A stretch of DNA of 64,000 bases from a virus, in IMG/VR virus record IMGVR_UViG_3300000976_000011, positions 64,001 through 128,000 of that record; one strand, 5' to 3'. Below, piece after piece: positions 18,334 to 27,491 of this stretch. Below the pieces are notes generated by a model, which ran no database searches, was not told the DNA's origin, and saw only the letters and a list, made by a program, of their open reading frames with translations. Position 1 is the stretch's first letter. Every line of letters starts with the position of its first letter. A program made the translations under genes and the position numbers.

Positions 18334-19137
18334 ATGTTTAAAAAATTAATTGTAGTAGGTGCAATGGCTTTAGCTATCACTGGCTGCGCAACTAGCACAA
18401 TATCGACGTCAGATACAAGATTTGATGTAGAAACAAATAAAACTGTAACGCAAACTGAAACCAAACAAGTTTCTCAAAGAACTCTTAAATATATTTCAAG
18501 AGTTGACTTAGCGAAAACAATGTGTGAATCTTCAGGAAATGCATATAAAGAATTTTTAGTTTTATCTGATACAAATGTTGAGTTTTTACCTATTGTGATT
18601 CAAGATGGTAAATATGTTCAATTACCGGATGAAGCAAAAATTGTTTTCAGTAATACAGTTAATCGGCCTGACGCATCGCCGTTTAATGTCGGGAATTGCG
18701 TTGAAGATATAATGAAAACTGGAATCGAAAGAGTGTTTACTAGTTTATATAAAGATGTATTTAAATTAGGTAGAGATTTAGTTCCTTATGGTGCAGGCTT
18801 TGCTATAGCTGATAGATTCTTTGATTTTGCTCAAGATAGTAATGATTCTATTGCTGAAAATGCTGGAGATAGATTAACAGTAACTGGTGATAATAATCGT
18901 GTAGCATCAGGTGCTGATTCTACGTTTAATGAACAGCCAGGTATTCCTGTTGAACCGGTAACTCTAGAAGACGGTGCTTTATCGGGTGACGATGACTCAT
19001 GCGAAGATCAAGGTGGAACAGTTAGACCTATTATTCCAACAGAAAATAATCCATTAGAAGATATAAATGGTGCTTTCGACGCGAATGGTGATGGCCTAGT
19101 ATGTTCAATTCCAGGCGGCGGTTCAATCGACAATTAA
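18334..19137 (+). CDS. Lipoprotein
   Basis: MFKKLIVVGAMALAITGC lipobox; acidic C-terminus. Confidence 0.75.
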   Translation: MFKKLIVVGAMALAITGCATSTISTSDTRFDVETNKTVTQTETKQVSQRTLKYISRVDLAKTMCESSGNAYKEFLVLSDTNVEFLPIVIQDGKYVQLPDEAKIVFSNTVNRPDASPFNVGNCVEDIMKTGIERVFTSLYKDVFKLGRDLVPYGAGFAIADRFFDFAQDSNDSIAENAGDRLTVTGDNNRVASGADSTFNEQPGIPVEPVTLEDGALSGDDDSCEDQGGTVRPIIPTENNPLEDINGAFDANGDGLVCSIPGGGSIDN

Positions 19138-19146
19138 TTTATAATA

Positions 19147-19176
19147 GGTGGCTGTTGTAGAAATATGACAGCCACC
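19147..19176 (+). other. 13-bp RNA hairpin with GAAA tetraloop, no U-tract
   Basis: GGTGGCTGTTGTA-GAAA-TATGACAGCCACC, with two G.U pairs. Confidence 0.7.
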
Positions 19177-19187
19177 AAGGTTTAAGT

Positions 19188-19430
19188 ATGTATAAATGTC
19201 CTCACTGTAATGGTTTAACTTACTTTCGTTTAATTAATGATAATGATGTACAATATATCGCTTGTGTCTGTTTAGGACCAGTTAATAATCAACATGAATT
19301 AAACGGGCTACAGAATAAACTAAAAAGATTTGAAAAATTAGAAAATGTTACAGCTACTGGTTTCACTGTAGAAAATAGAGAAATTCAGTATATTGATAAT
19401 GTTGAATCTAAAGATATTAAAACAACATGA
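19188..19430 (+). CDS. Small Zn-finger-like protein
   Basis: CPHC...CVC. Confidence 0.5.
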   Translation: MYKCPHCNGLTYFRLINDNDVQYIACVCLGPVNNQHELNGLQNKLKRFEKLENVTATGFTVENREIQYIDNVESKDIKTT

Positions 19431-19651
19431 TTAATGAAGAAGATTTCGACATAGAAATAAAAAAATTATTTGATGAAATTGTTTTCTCGGATAGTTTACA
19501 AAACAAACTAAATAGTTTAAAATTCTATATCTCAATAGAGCCTGATTTTGAAATGGATTCATTAAAGGTATCATTAGACTATTGCAATAAATATAATTTC
19601 TACAGAAGGATCTGTTTCTACTTTCAAGGTAAGGTGCCTTACCTGATTTGA
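19427..19651 (+). CDS. Hypothetical protein
   Basis: ATGA-coupled; 3' end overlaps the HNH gene. Confidence 0.5.
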   Translation: MINEEDFDIEIKKLFDEIVFSDSLQNKLNSLKFYISIEPDFEMDSLKVSLDYCNKYNFYRRICFYFQGKVPYLI

Positions 19652-20391
19652 GGACAATTATCGAAATGATAAGGTTTCATATTAGCTAAAGATCCAGTTT
19701 TGCCGCAATTTGGGCATAGACCTCTAGGCCTAATTTTTCCTTTAAGAGCTTTAGATACTGCATCTTTATGACTCTGAGATATTTTTTTACCCTTATTGGC
19801 TTTCGAAATTTTAGCTTTTACAACATTTGAGTGATCTTTTCCATAAAATGGATTATTTTCGCCTGAGTAATTTTGAGAATTATATGTAGCTCTCCTAATA
19901 GAAGCTTCTTTTTTTCTTTTGTCGGACCAAGAATCGGACATTTTGTCTCTAGTTTCTTGAGAATAAATATGACCGTACATAGGGTTGTTTTCTGGCTCAG
20001 CAAGACGTTTCTTGGTACTCTTTGATAATTTGTCTCTAGTTTCTTGAGAAATTATTCTATTTGACATACTCACAGAAAACTTTTTCTTTATTTTATCATA
20101 AAGAAAAGAATTGATTTTATTTTTGCTGGTTGATCCCATCATAACTATAGCAAATAACATAGATTTTTTATCCTTTCCTTTTAAAAATCTAGGTAATAAT
20201 AAATGAGCTATAAAGTGTTCTCTAGCAGTAAGAAGTACTAAATTATCGGGTCGATTAGATCCACCTAAACTTCTAGGAATTATGTGATGTTGTTCGAAGT
20301 AATTTTTAGAGTTTTTAACTCTATTTAGTTTACTTCTTGATTCCATTAAGTTATAATACCACGTGGAATATTTGTTTTTAATTTCGTTCAT
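19639..20391 (-). CDS. MobE-like HNH homing endonuclease
   Basis: FEQHHIIPRSLGGSN..NLVLLTAREHFIAHLLL; NNPMYG/NNPFYG NUMOD3; CPNC..MKPYHFDNC. Confidence 0.92.
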   Translation of the reverse strand: MNEIKNKYSTWYYNLMESRSKLNRVKNSKNYFEQHHIIPRSLGGSNRPDNLVLLTAREHFIAHLLLPRFLKGKDKKSMLFAIVMMGSTSKNKINSFLYDKIKKKFSVSMSNRIISQETRDKLSKSTKKRLAEPENNPMYGHIYSQETRDKMSDSWSDKRKKEASIRRATYNSQNYSGENNPFYGKDHSNVVKAKISKANKGKKISQSHKDAVSKALKGKIRPRGLCPNCGKTGSLANMKPYHFDNCPQIR

Positions 20392-20444
20392 AAATATATT
20401 TATAGGAGTTCAATATTCAATTTTTAGATTACAGAGGCTATATC

Positions 20445-21341
20445 ATGGCCCAAATATTTGGCTATTCAAAATTTATACAAGATGGTGTTTTTGATGATGA
20501 TTTCTTCATTGAAAGATTTTTAGTTAATGTTGGAAAACTTTCTAGAAAATACAGAAAATATGGAAAATTAGTTATCGCGGCTGACTCAAATAAGAGAAAA
20601 TATTGGCGCACTTTAGAATTTGAACATTATAAAGCTGGAAGATATAAGGATGATAGTGCTAAATTATCTCCTAAAGATTTAGAAACTAGACAAAAGTTAA
20701 GAGAGATACCTAATAAATTAGAAAAGGTTCTTAAAGATAATTTTCCATTTTATTTTATTAGATCTATAAATGCCGAAGCTGATGATGTAATTGCTACAAT
20801 AATCGCTCACAAATTCGATGAGAAACATTTAATATTATCTGCTGATGGTGACTTTGTACAACTTCAAAGATATAATGTTGATCAGTGGGATACAACTAGA
20901 AATAGATGGTTGAAATCACAAACACCTGAATTAGATTTAACAGAGAAAATATTTAGAGGAGATACTGGAGACGGTATACCAAACATTCTATCAGATGATG
21001 ACACTTTAGTTATTGAAGCAAAACGCCAAGGTAGAATGACTCAGAAAAAATTAAAGTATCTATTTAACTTAGACTTTGATAAAATGAAATCAGATATCGA
21101 ATACTATATGTCACTATCTGAAAACAAGGAGAAATCAATGGAAGATTTCGACAATGGAAAACTTGTAAAGCGATATTTCCAAAATAAAAAGCTTATTGAT
21201 TTATCAGAAACTCCTTTAGAAGTAAAGGAAGATATTTTAAATCAATATCGAGAATATGGAGAATTACCAAACCGAGTTATGAAATATTGTATGAAAAACA
21301 AATATGCTCATATATTCGAACACCTTAACCTTTTTAATTAA
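20445..21341 (+). CDS. rnh: T4-type RNase H (5'-3' flap exonuclease)
   Basis: YWR..F..YKAGR, EADDVIA, ILSADGDFVQLQ, GDTGDGIPNILSDDD, NKKLIDLS.TP. Confidence 0.93.
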   Translation: MAQIFGYSKFIQDGVFDDDFFIERFLVNVGKLSRKYRKYGKLVIAADSNKRKYWRTLEFEHYKAGRYKDDSAKLSPKDLETRQKLREIPNKLEKVLKDNFPFYFIRSINAEADDVIATIIAHKFDEKHLILSADGDFVQLQRYNVDQWDTTRNRWLKSQTPELDLTEKIFRGDTGDGIPNILSDDDTLVIEAKRQGRMTQKKLKYLFNLDFDKMKSDIEYYMSLSENKEKSMEDFDNGKLVKRYFQNKKLIDLSETPLEVKEDILNQYREYGELPNRVMKYCMKNKYAHIFEHLNLFN

Positions 21342-21350
21342 GAAAAAAAT

Positions 21351-21638
21351 ATGACTGATAGAACACCTGAAGAATTGAATAAAGTACTTAAAGAGCGCTG
21401 CAGAGAATTAGAAAATCATCTACAAAATACTCGAACAGAGTTAGAGAATCTAAGAAATGCAAAAGCTCGAACAGGTTTTGATTTTACTCCAATCGTTAAT
21501 CCAGAAAATGGCCAAGTAGAATTTTATAGCGTTGTTTATATTATCTCAGACAATAATGTAATTCCTTTGATTCGTCATGGCGTAAAAGATGAAAATAATG
21601 TGATTGTTTGGACTGAAATGCAAGATAAATTTGAATAA
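21351..21638 (+). CDS. Hypothetical coiled-coil protein
   Basis: ORF between rnh and uvsY. Confidence 0.65.
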   Translation: MTDRTPEELNKVLKERCRELENHLQNTRTELENLRNAKARTGFDFTPIVNPENGQVEFYSVVYIISDNNVIPLIRHGVKDENNVIVWTEMQDKFE

Positions 21639-22057
21639 TGAATCCAGTAGATGAACTAAATTCTGATCTTAGTTTTAATGAACATAATTTATCTGAAAAG
21701 ATAATTGAAGTTCCTGTTATAGTAACTAAATGGGCTGATAGACTTATTAAAGCTAAAAGAAAATTAGTAACATTAGAGTCTGAAAAATCTAAATTAGTTA
21801 AAGGTAGAACCAATTATTATTCTGGTAGAAAGAAAAATCCTGCTACTGATAAATTTGTTCCTGCGACTTTAAGTGCTCAAGAAATTAGAGATGTCTATAT
21901 ACCTGGTGATGAAACCATAATTGAAGCTAGTAAGAAAGTAGCAGCTCAAAAAAGTCAAGTATTATTTTTTGAGCACGCTATGAAGCAAGCCAATCAATTA
22001 CAGTGGACAATTAAAAATTATATTGAGTGGCAAAAATACACTCAAGGAGCTATGTAA
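21638..22057 (+). CDS. uvsY: Recombination mediator UvsY
   Basis: DL.FNE.NL, NYYSG, YI.GD, WTIKNYIEWQK...G. Confidence 0.85.
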   Translation: MNPVDELNSDLSFNEHNLSEKIIEVPVIVTKWADRLIKAKRKLVTLESEKSKLVKGRTNYYSGRKKNPATDKFVPATLSAQEIRDVYIPGDETIIEASKKVAAQKSQVLFFEHAMKQANQLQWTIKNYIEWQKYTQGAM

Positions 22058-22299
22058 TGAATATATCTAAAGAATTAAAAGATTTAATAATGGAAAAATC
22101 AATAGAAATTTCTCGCGAATTATATGAAGAGGAAACAGATCGAGGAATTGTAGGCGCTGAGACTACTATTGATTTAATTTATGAAAAGGAAATTTATAAA
22201 TTAACAATTTCGGCCTTCTGGGAAAAATGTAATTATTTTGATTATCATATAACAGATGGAAAAACCTCAAGAAGTCAGGTGGTTGCTGGCTATTTCTAA
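22057..22299 (+). CDS. Hypothetical protein
   Basis: TAATG-coupled, GGAG RBS. Confidence 0.55.
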   Translation: MNISKELKDLIMEKSIEISRELYEEETDRGIVGAETTIDLIYEKEIYKLTISAFWEKCNYFDYHITDGKTSRSQVVAGYF

Positions 22300-22311
22300 A
22301 TAAATAATATT

Positions 22312-23625
22312 ATGAAAAAATATACATACGTATCAGAAATTATTGAAGATGTGAAAAATGAATCTTCGACTAATAAAAAAATAGAAATTCTTAAATCGCA
22401 AGCAGATAATAAGGAATTAAAATATGCTTTATATTTAGCTTACAATGATTATATTCAATTCTATATAAGAAAAATACCTGGATACATTCAAAATGAATCA
22501 TTCAATAATATTTCTTTATACAACGCACTAAGCGATATAGAAAATATTTTGGCTACTAGAAAGAAAACTGGTAATGTTGGCAAAATGTTTCTAACATTTC
22601 TTTTAGAAAGTGTTGTTGCTGAAGACGCGCCTATTATAGAAAAAGTAATAGCTAGAAATTTTGATTGTGGTATTTCTATTAAAACCATAAATAAAGTTTG
22701 GCCTGATCTTATTCCAACGTTTGATGTAATGCTTTGTTCAGACTTTGAAAGAGATAGAGTAGAATATCCTTGTATGGTTCAAGAAAAGCTTGATGGAATG
22801 AGAGCTCTCCTTTTTTCAGAAGATGGCGAAAAGTATACAATTAGATCTCGTAAAGGTTTAGTTATAGACGACTTAGATAATTTTCAAGAAGTTAGATCTG
22901 CTATGGCGACTGGTTGGGTGTTAGACGGAGAATTAGTTGTTTATGATACCAACGGAAAAATCATGTCTCGCAAAAAAGGCAATGGTATTTGTAATAAAGC
23001 TATTAAAGGAACTATTTCTGAAGATGAAGCTTCTCGTATCGCCTTTTTTGCATTTGACGTAGTTCCAATTGATACCTTTAAAGGTAAAACCGAGTTTCTT
23101 GGCACTCAAGAAAGGTTTGAAATGTTGACCAACCTAGTCAATTCTGTTAACAGTCCTAAACTACTTATAGCCTCAAATGAAATCGTTTCAAATGAAAGAC
23201 AGATACTAAAAATGTTCACTGAATTTACTGAACAAGGAATGGAAGGAGTCGTCGTTAAAAATTCAAATCAGCCATTTGAAGCTAAAAGATCTAAAGGTTG
23301 GATGAAGATGAAAATGGAAAATGAAATGGAGCTTGCGATCGATGAGGTCGTAGAAGGCTTGGGAAAGCATCGAGGTCGTCTAGGTACTTTGAAATGCAGA
23401 GATGCAAGTGGAAGACTTACTGTAGGTATTGGAGGTGGCTATTCCGACGATCAAAGAGAAGAATTTTGGGCTATGAAAGATGAATTAATTGGACAAATTA
23501 TCACAGTTAGATATAATGAATTAATTAGTGATGATTATGGAGATATTTCGCTATTTTTGCCTAGATTTATAGAACATCGTTTAGATAAAACTGAAGCTGA
23601 TGATGTTTTCAATTTAATAAGTTAG
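22312..23625 (+). CDS. gp30: ATP-dependent DNA ligase
   Basis: QEKLDGMR, LDGEL, FDVVP, EGVVVK, KRSKGWMKMK, LFLPRF...R.DK. Confidence 0.95.
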   Translation: MKKYTYVSEIIEDVKNESSTNKKIEILKSQADNKELKYALYLAYNDYIQFYIRKIPGYIQNESFNNISLYNALSDIENILATRKKTGNVGKMFLTFLLESVVAEDAPIIEKVIARNFDCGISIKTINKVWPDLIPTFDVMLCSDFERDRVEYPCMVQEKLDGMRALLFSEDGEKYTIRSRKGLVIDDLDNFQEVRSAMATGWVLDGELVVYDTNGKIMSRKKGNGICNKAIKGTISEDEASRIAFFAFDVVPIDTFKGKTEFLGTQERFEMLTNLVNSVNSPKLLIASNEIVSNERQILKMFTEFTEQGMEGVVVKNSNQPFEAKRSKGWMKMKMENEMELAIDEVVEGLGKHRGRLGTLKCRDASGRLTVGIGGGYSDDQREEFWAMKDELIGQIITVRYNELISDDYGDISLFLPRFIEHRLDKTEADDVFNLIS

Positions 23626-23634
23626 AGGAAAATA

Positions 23635-23829
23635 ATGGATCTTAAAAGTATTAATAAATTAGTTTGGAATTGGATAAAAGAATTTAATATAGGATTAGAT
23701 TTACCTTCTCATAATGCGTTAATTTTTGGAGCAGGTGTAATTGTTGGCTTATTTGCCAAACAATTTGCTATCTTAGCAGCTATATTATATTTAGCATATT
23801 GCTTCTATAATCAAAGAAAGTCAAATTAA
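23635..23829 (+). CDS. Small membrane protein
   Basis: GAGGA RBS; hydrophobic C-terminal half. Confidence 0.6.
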   Translation: MDLKSINKLVWNWIKEFNIGLDLPSHNALIFGAGVIVGLFAKQFAILAAILYLAYCFYNQRKSN

Positions 23830-23888
23830 TAATGTACATAAATGCCTATTTGGTATATAATTATATAAAATCAAATAGGTATTAAATT

Positions 23889-24071
23889 ATGAAGAAAATT
23901 TCATTAATCGTTGTCATTTGTATTATTTTAAACGGATGTGCGGTGCAAACATATAATGGTTCAAGAACTATAGGTGATGTTACTGCTTATTGTGGTCCAG
24001 AGAATTGCAGTTTTTATCATAAGAAATTTGGTTCTATTTTAACTAAACGAACAAAGATTGATAAAAAGTAG
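23889..24071 (+). CDS. Small lipoprotein behind its own early promoter
   Basis: TGTACA(23833)-N17-TATAAT; MKKISLIVVICIILNGC. Confidence 0.65.
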   Translation: MKKISLIVVICIILNGCAVQTYNGSRTIGDVTAYCGPENCSFYHKKFGSILTKRTKIDKK

Positions 24072-24138
24072 TTTACATTTTGTCTCAATAGTATATAATA
24101 GATTCATCAGTTAAACAAATAAAAACATTTATATTATG
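24072..24138 (+). promoter_or_regulatory. Early promoter cassette
   Basis: TTTACA(24072), TATAAT(24094), ATCAGTTAAA; lacks the AGG RBS. Confidence 0.75.
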
Positions 24139-24288
24139 AAATACGAAATTACATTTAAAAATAAATATGACGGATTATTAGAAAATATTATCGTTCGCGA
24201 TTATAATATGCCTACTAAAGTTTCAGATTTAAGTAATGGACCTTATATTATTATCAAAGTGGAAATTCATCTTCCTGAAGACGACTAA
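24136..24288 (+). CDS. Small hypothetical protein (50 aa, MKYEITFKNK...)
   Basis: ATG after cassette, TAA 24286-24288. Confidence 0.5.
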   Translation: MKYEITFKNKYDGLLENIIVRDYNMPTKVSDLSNGPYIIIKVEIHLPEDD

Positions 24289-24305
24289 ACAAAAGAAAAC
24301 TGATA

Positions 24306-24358
24306 GGCCAGGCGACTCATCTGGATTCCTATTACCATTTAACTGGAGTCGCCTGGCC
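24306..24358 (+). ncRNA. Candidate antisense sRNA: 13-bp GC clamp with 27-nt loop
   Basis: GGCCAGGCGACTC/GAGTCGCCTGGCC; loop TTCCTATTACCATTTAACTG complements the early leader CAGTTAAA..TAATAGG. Confidence 0.55.
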
Positions 24359-24371
24359 GCCTTAGGGTAAT

Positions 24372-24947
24372 ATGACTAAAATTTGTAGCATGACAGATAT
24401 AGAAGCTGTGGGCACCACTGGAGACACTGGTATCCTTTCAGTGTCTACCGTTATCTTTGACTTTGAAGATCCTCAAAAGAATTACATAGATGAATTTACA
24501 ACTTACTTAGATGTTAAAGATCAAATTGAAAGATTAGGTCGAACGTTTAGCAAAGATACTATGGACTGGTGGAAAAAACAAGACCCTGCAGTTTTTAAGT
24601 CTCAATTTGCTGGTAAAACTAAGATTGAAGATGGTCTTACTAGCTTATTAAGCTTCTTTGATAATCATGAATGTGATTGGCATTTTGCTAAAGGTGTGCA
24701 TTTTGATATGGCTATTTTAAAAGATGCTTGTCATTCACTAAATCTTAATGATCATCCATTTATTAAAGAGTTTTGGAAGTGGCAATGTTGTGCTACTATC
24801 GGCAGACAATATGAATATGAATTAGGTGAGAAATGGTTAGTTAATAATATGACTCGTAAATATAATAAAGAATTTGGTGCATCACATGATCCGTTAGTTG
24901 ATTGTAAAATTCAAATTGAAATCTTAAAAGACTTTACGGTACGATAA
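24372..24947 (+). CDS. dexA: DEDDh 3'-5' exonuclease, DexA-like
   Basis: TDIEAVG, TMDWW, KG.HFD.AIL, HDPLVDC. Confidence 0.8.
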   Translation: MTKICSMTDIEAVGTTGDTGILSVSTVIFDFEDPQKNYIDEFTTYLDVKDQIERLGRTFSKDTMDWWKKQDPAVFKSQFAGKTKIEDGLTSLLSFFDNHECDWHFAKGVHFDMAILKDACHSLNLNDHPFIKEFWKWQCCATIGRQYEYELGEKWLVNNMTRKYNKEFGASHDPLVDCKIQIEILKDFTVR

Positions 24948-24948
24948 T

Positions 24949-25278
24949 ATGCCTTGTACAATATATGAAGATAGAGCAAAAACAATTGTTGAACCTAGTA
25001 GAAACTCATTAGATAAAATTAAAGTTAAAAATTTAGAAGCGTGTTTGTGCGCCGTTTTAAGAGAACTAAATAGAAGAAATCTATTAACAGATATTTTAGA
25101 ATCTTCTTCTATTAAGGGTAAAGTTGATGTGCAATCATGGTGGGAAGAGCACAGAAAAGCTGATATCAATAGAATCTCAAAAGTTATTGCTGATTTCTCT
25201 GAAGATGATAAAGAACTCACTCACATTACTGACGAAGAAGTAATAAAGCATCTTAATACTACTTCTAGATACACATAA
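24949..25278 (+). CDS. Hypothetical protein
   Basis: MPC...LC....WWEEHRKAD, a recurrent phage pattern. Confidence 0.65.
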   Translation: MPCTIYEDRAKTIVEPSRNSLDKIKVKNLEACLCAVLRELNRRNLLTDILESSSIKGKVDVQSWWEEHRKADINRISKVIADFSEDDKELTHITDEEVIKHLNTTSRYT

Positions 25279-25529
25279 TGGATCGTAGAGGATTTTTAAA
25301 GAATATTATGATTGCGGGAGTTGCTCCCGCTTTCATAAAAAGCGAATCTTTAATGGGTTTATATGTACCTGAACCAGAGATTATATTTTTAAATGCAAAA
25401 CACGGAACAGAGCTTATATTTTTAAATGCAAATAGAGGAACAGAAATAATAGTGCATAAAGCTCGAATGGATTATGATACAGGCATTATTCGGTGTCCAT
25501 ATATTCCACAAACGAAATTAATAACTTAA
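25278..25529 (+). CDS. Twin-arginine-like small protein with gp23-like C-terminal motif
   Basis: MDRRGFLK; 11-aa tandem repeat; YDTGIIRCPYIP. Confidence 0.65.
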   Translation: MDRRGFLKNIMIAGVAPAFIKSESLMGLYVPEPEIIFLNAKHGTELIFLNANRGTEIIVHKARMDYDTGIIRCPYIPQTKLIT

Positions 25530-25541
25530 CAGGAGTAAAAT

Positions 25542-25952
25542 ATGTTTGAATCAATTGGTAATTTTTTAGATAATGTATGGGGTGGATTATTTTCATTTAA
25601 TCCTTTAGATCCTTGGGCCGCAGGCTTTTATTTTTTACCATTAGTTATTTGTGCTATCTCGTATATTTTTGAAACAATATCAGATTTAGCAATAGATGCT
25701 CGTCATTTAAAAGAATATAATAATGGTGATCATAGTTATTATGATCCGAAAACTACAGTTGGATTAATTCTAGGTAGAGCCTTTTTAACTGTACTACCAG
25801 CTGTTAATATATTTGTAGCTATCTTTTCTAGACTTGGACAAATTTTAGATTGGCTAGGAAAAACATTTAATATAGCTATTATAGGAAAGAAGCAATCCAG
25901 ATCATTTGAAGAAACTCAAAAAGTAAAAGCAGCAAAAAGAAATGCATCGTAG
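25542..25952 (+). CDS. Membrane protein
   Basis: AGGAG RBS; two hydrophobic segments. Confidence 0.7.
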   Translation: MFESIGNFLDNVWGGLFSFNPLDPWAAGFYFLPLVICAISYIFETISDLAIDARHLKEYNNGDHSYYDPKTTVGLILGRAFLTVLPAVNIFVAIFSRLGQILDWLGKTFNIAIIGKKQSRSFEETQKVKAAKRNAS

Positions 25953-26186
25953 AGGATTTTTAAAGAATATTATGAAAGCGAATCTTTAATGGGTTTATTT
26001 GTACCTGAATCTAAAATACAATCCTTATATAAACCCATATTAATATCTATGCCAAGAAAAATATATCCTCTTTCAATTATTGAAGATGTAAATGAAGTTA
26101 AACCTGTCATAAACGACAAAGAAAAACTTAAAGAAATGAATGAAAATATAAACGATAATTTAGGTATAATTATTGAATTTGTATAA
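25942..26186 (+). pseudogene. Frameshifted paralogue of the 25278 ORF carrying a Gol-like gp23 fragment (could restart at ATG 25989)
   Basis: MHRRGFLKNIM, then a 28-nt deletion relative to 25278; downstream PILISMPRKIYPLSIIEDVNEVKPV. Confidence 0.6.
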
Positions 26187-26218
26187 GTAAATAAATATCT
26201 CTATATGAGGTATTTTAA

Positions 26219-26794
26219 ATGAAACGGATAGCAATTAGTATAGGACATTATCCAGAGAAATCTGGTGCAAGATTTGAGGATCTTATTGAACATGAAATAG
26301 CTGGCGAATGGGTCGACAAGATTTTAGACACTTTCGACGATATATATGACTTCGATTGTGAAGAACCAATATTTGAATTTATTCCTGTTCCAGTAGGCAC
26401 CCTTAGAGAAAAAGTAAAGTGGATTAATAGTCATGATTTTGATTATGCTATTGAAATGCATTTTAATTCAGTTGGTGGTGCTATAGTATCAGGAGCAGAA
26501 ACCCTTTATATGCCTGGTAGCTATAGAGGTAGACAATTTGCATCTATAGTTCAAGATTACACAATAGTTCCTTTAAATATTAGAGATCGCGGTATTAAAG
26601 AAGGACTTTACTGGTCTTCTAGAGAAAGAACAAATACTCCTTTATATTTTTTAAGAAGAACAAATTGTCCTGCTATTATTATGGAACCAGAGTTTCTTCA
26701 ATCATATAAAAGGACTATAAATAATCGTAAGATAGTAGATTTTTGCTACGCTTTAATCGATGCTCTAGAAACAGTTGTTCTAGATGAAATTTAA
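26219..26794 (+). CDS. N-acetylmuramoyl-L-alanine amidase (Amidase_3)
   Basis: SIGH, EHE, EMHFNS, GAETLY, DRGIK, LYFLRRTNCPAIIMEPEF. Confidence 0.9.
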   Translation: MKRIAISIGHYPEKSGARFEDLIEHEIAGEWVDKILDTFDDIYDFDCEEPIFEFIPVPVGTLREKVKWINSHDFDYAIEMHFNSVGGAIVSGAETLYMPGSYRGRQFASIVQDYTIVPLNIRDRGIKEGLYWSSRERTNTPLYFLRRTNCPAIIMEPEFLQSYKRTINNRKIVDFCYALIDALETVVLDEI

Positions 26795-26813
26795 CAAAAA
26801 GAGAAAATATAAA

Positions 26814-27368
26814 ATGAGTTTAACTAAAATAAAAGGCGTCGGCGAAAAAGTAGCTAAGTCTATTACAGAATTAACAGGTATTAGTACGCTTGAAGATTTT
26901 GCAGTGATTGATCAAGACACTATTCAAAAAATTGCTGATGAGGTTCCTGGTGGTCCAGCTAAAGTAGCTGGTTGGGTTGAGCAAGCTAAAGGATTAGTTG
27001 ATGTTGTGGTTGAGGAAGAAATTGTTGATCCTGAAGCTGAAATTCAGGAAGATGAAGAAGAAACAACCGTTGAAGATGTTGTTGAAGATTCTGAGGAAGT
27101 TGAGGAAACTATTGAAGAAAATCCTGCAGATATTGTTGTTTCTGATGTTGTCGATGATAATATTTCTGATGATGCTGTTGAAAAGTTAGATGTTTTAGAT
27201 TGGTTTGAATTGAAAGGAATGAATATGCTAGAGCTTGGTTACGCTCGATCGAGCATTTTAATCGCTGCAGCTTCATATTATGGATTAGAGAAGCGTGATG
27301 TATTAAAGAATATTAATTTAAGTATTAGCACCAAAGATAATCTATTAAAGGCTATTAAAGGCGTTTAA
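26814..27368 (+). CDS. Helix-hairpin-helix protein with acidic linker
   Basis: LTKIKGVGEKVA, then E/D-rich tract. Confidence 0.7.
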   Translation: MSLTKIKGVGEKVAKSITELTGISTLEDFAVIDQDTIQKIADEVPGGPAKVAGWVEQAKGLVDVVVEEEIVDPEAEIQEDEEETTVEDVVEDSEEVEETIEENPADIVVSDVVDDNISDDAVEKLDVLDWFELKGMNMLELGYARSSILIAAASYYGLEKRDVLKNINLSISTKDNLLKAIKGV

Positions 27369-27394
27369 TATGATTATAAGAGAAGAATGGTACT

Positions 27395-27425
27395 AATTAA
27401 AAGGAGCTTATTGCTCCTTTTAATT
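27395..27425 (+). terminator. Rho-independent terminator
   Basis: AAAAGGAGC-TTATT-GCTCCTTTT. Confidence 0.8.
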
Positions 27426-27491
27426 TTACTATTATTAACAAGTGTTATATAATGTTTAAAATTAAAAATATATTAATAATGGAGTTTTATC

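Noticed and set aside
16711-20391. Group I introns around the HNH genes
   Set aside because: Endonucleases are antisense to flanking genes, abut them closely, and no split host gene or intron core was seen
24306-24358. Intrinsic terminator
   Set aside because: 27-nt loop and no U-tract on +; kept as an sRNA candidate instead
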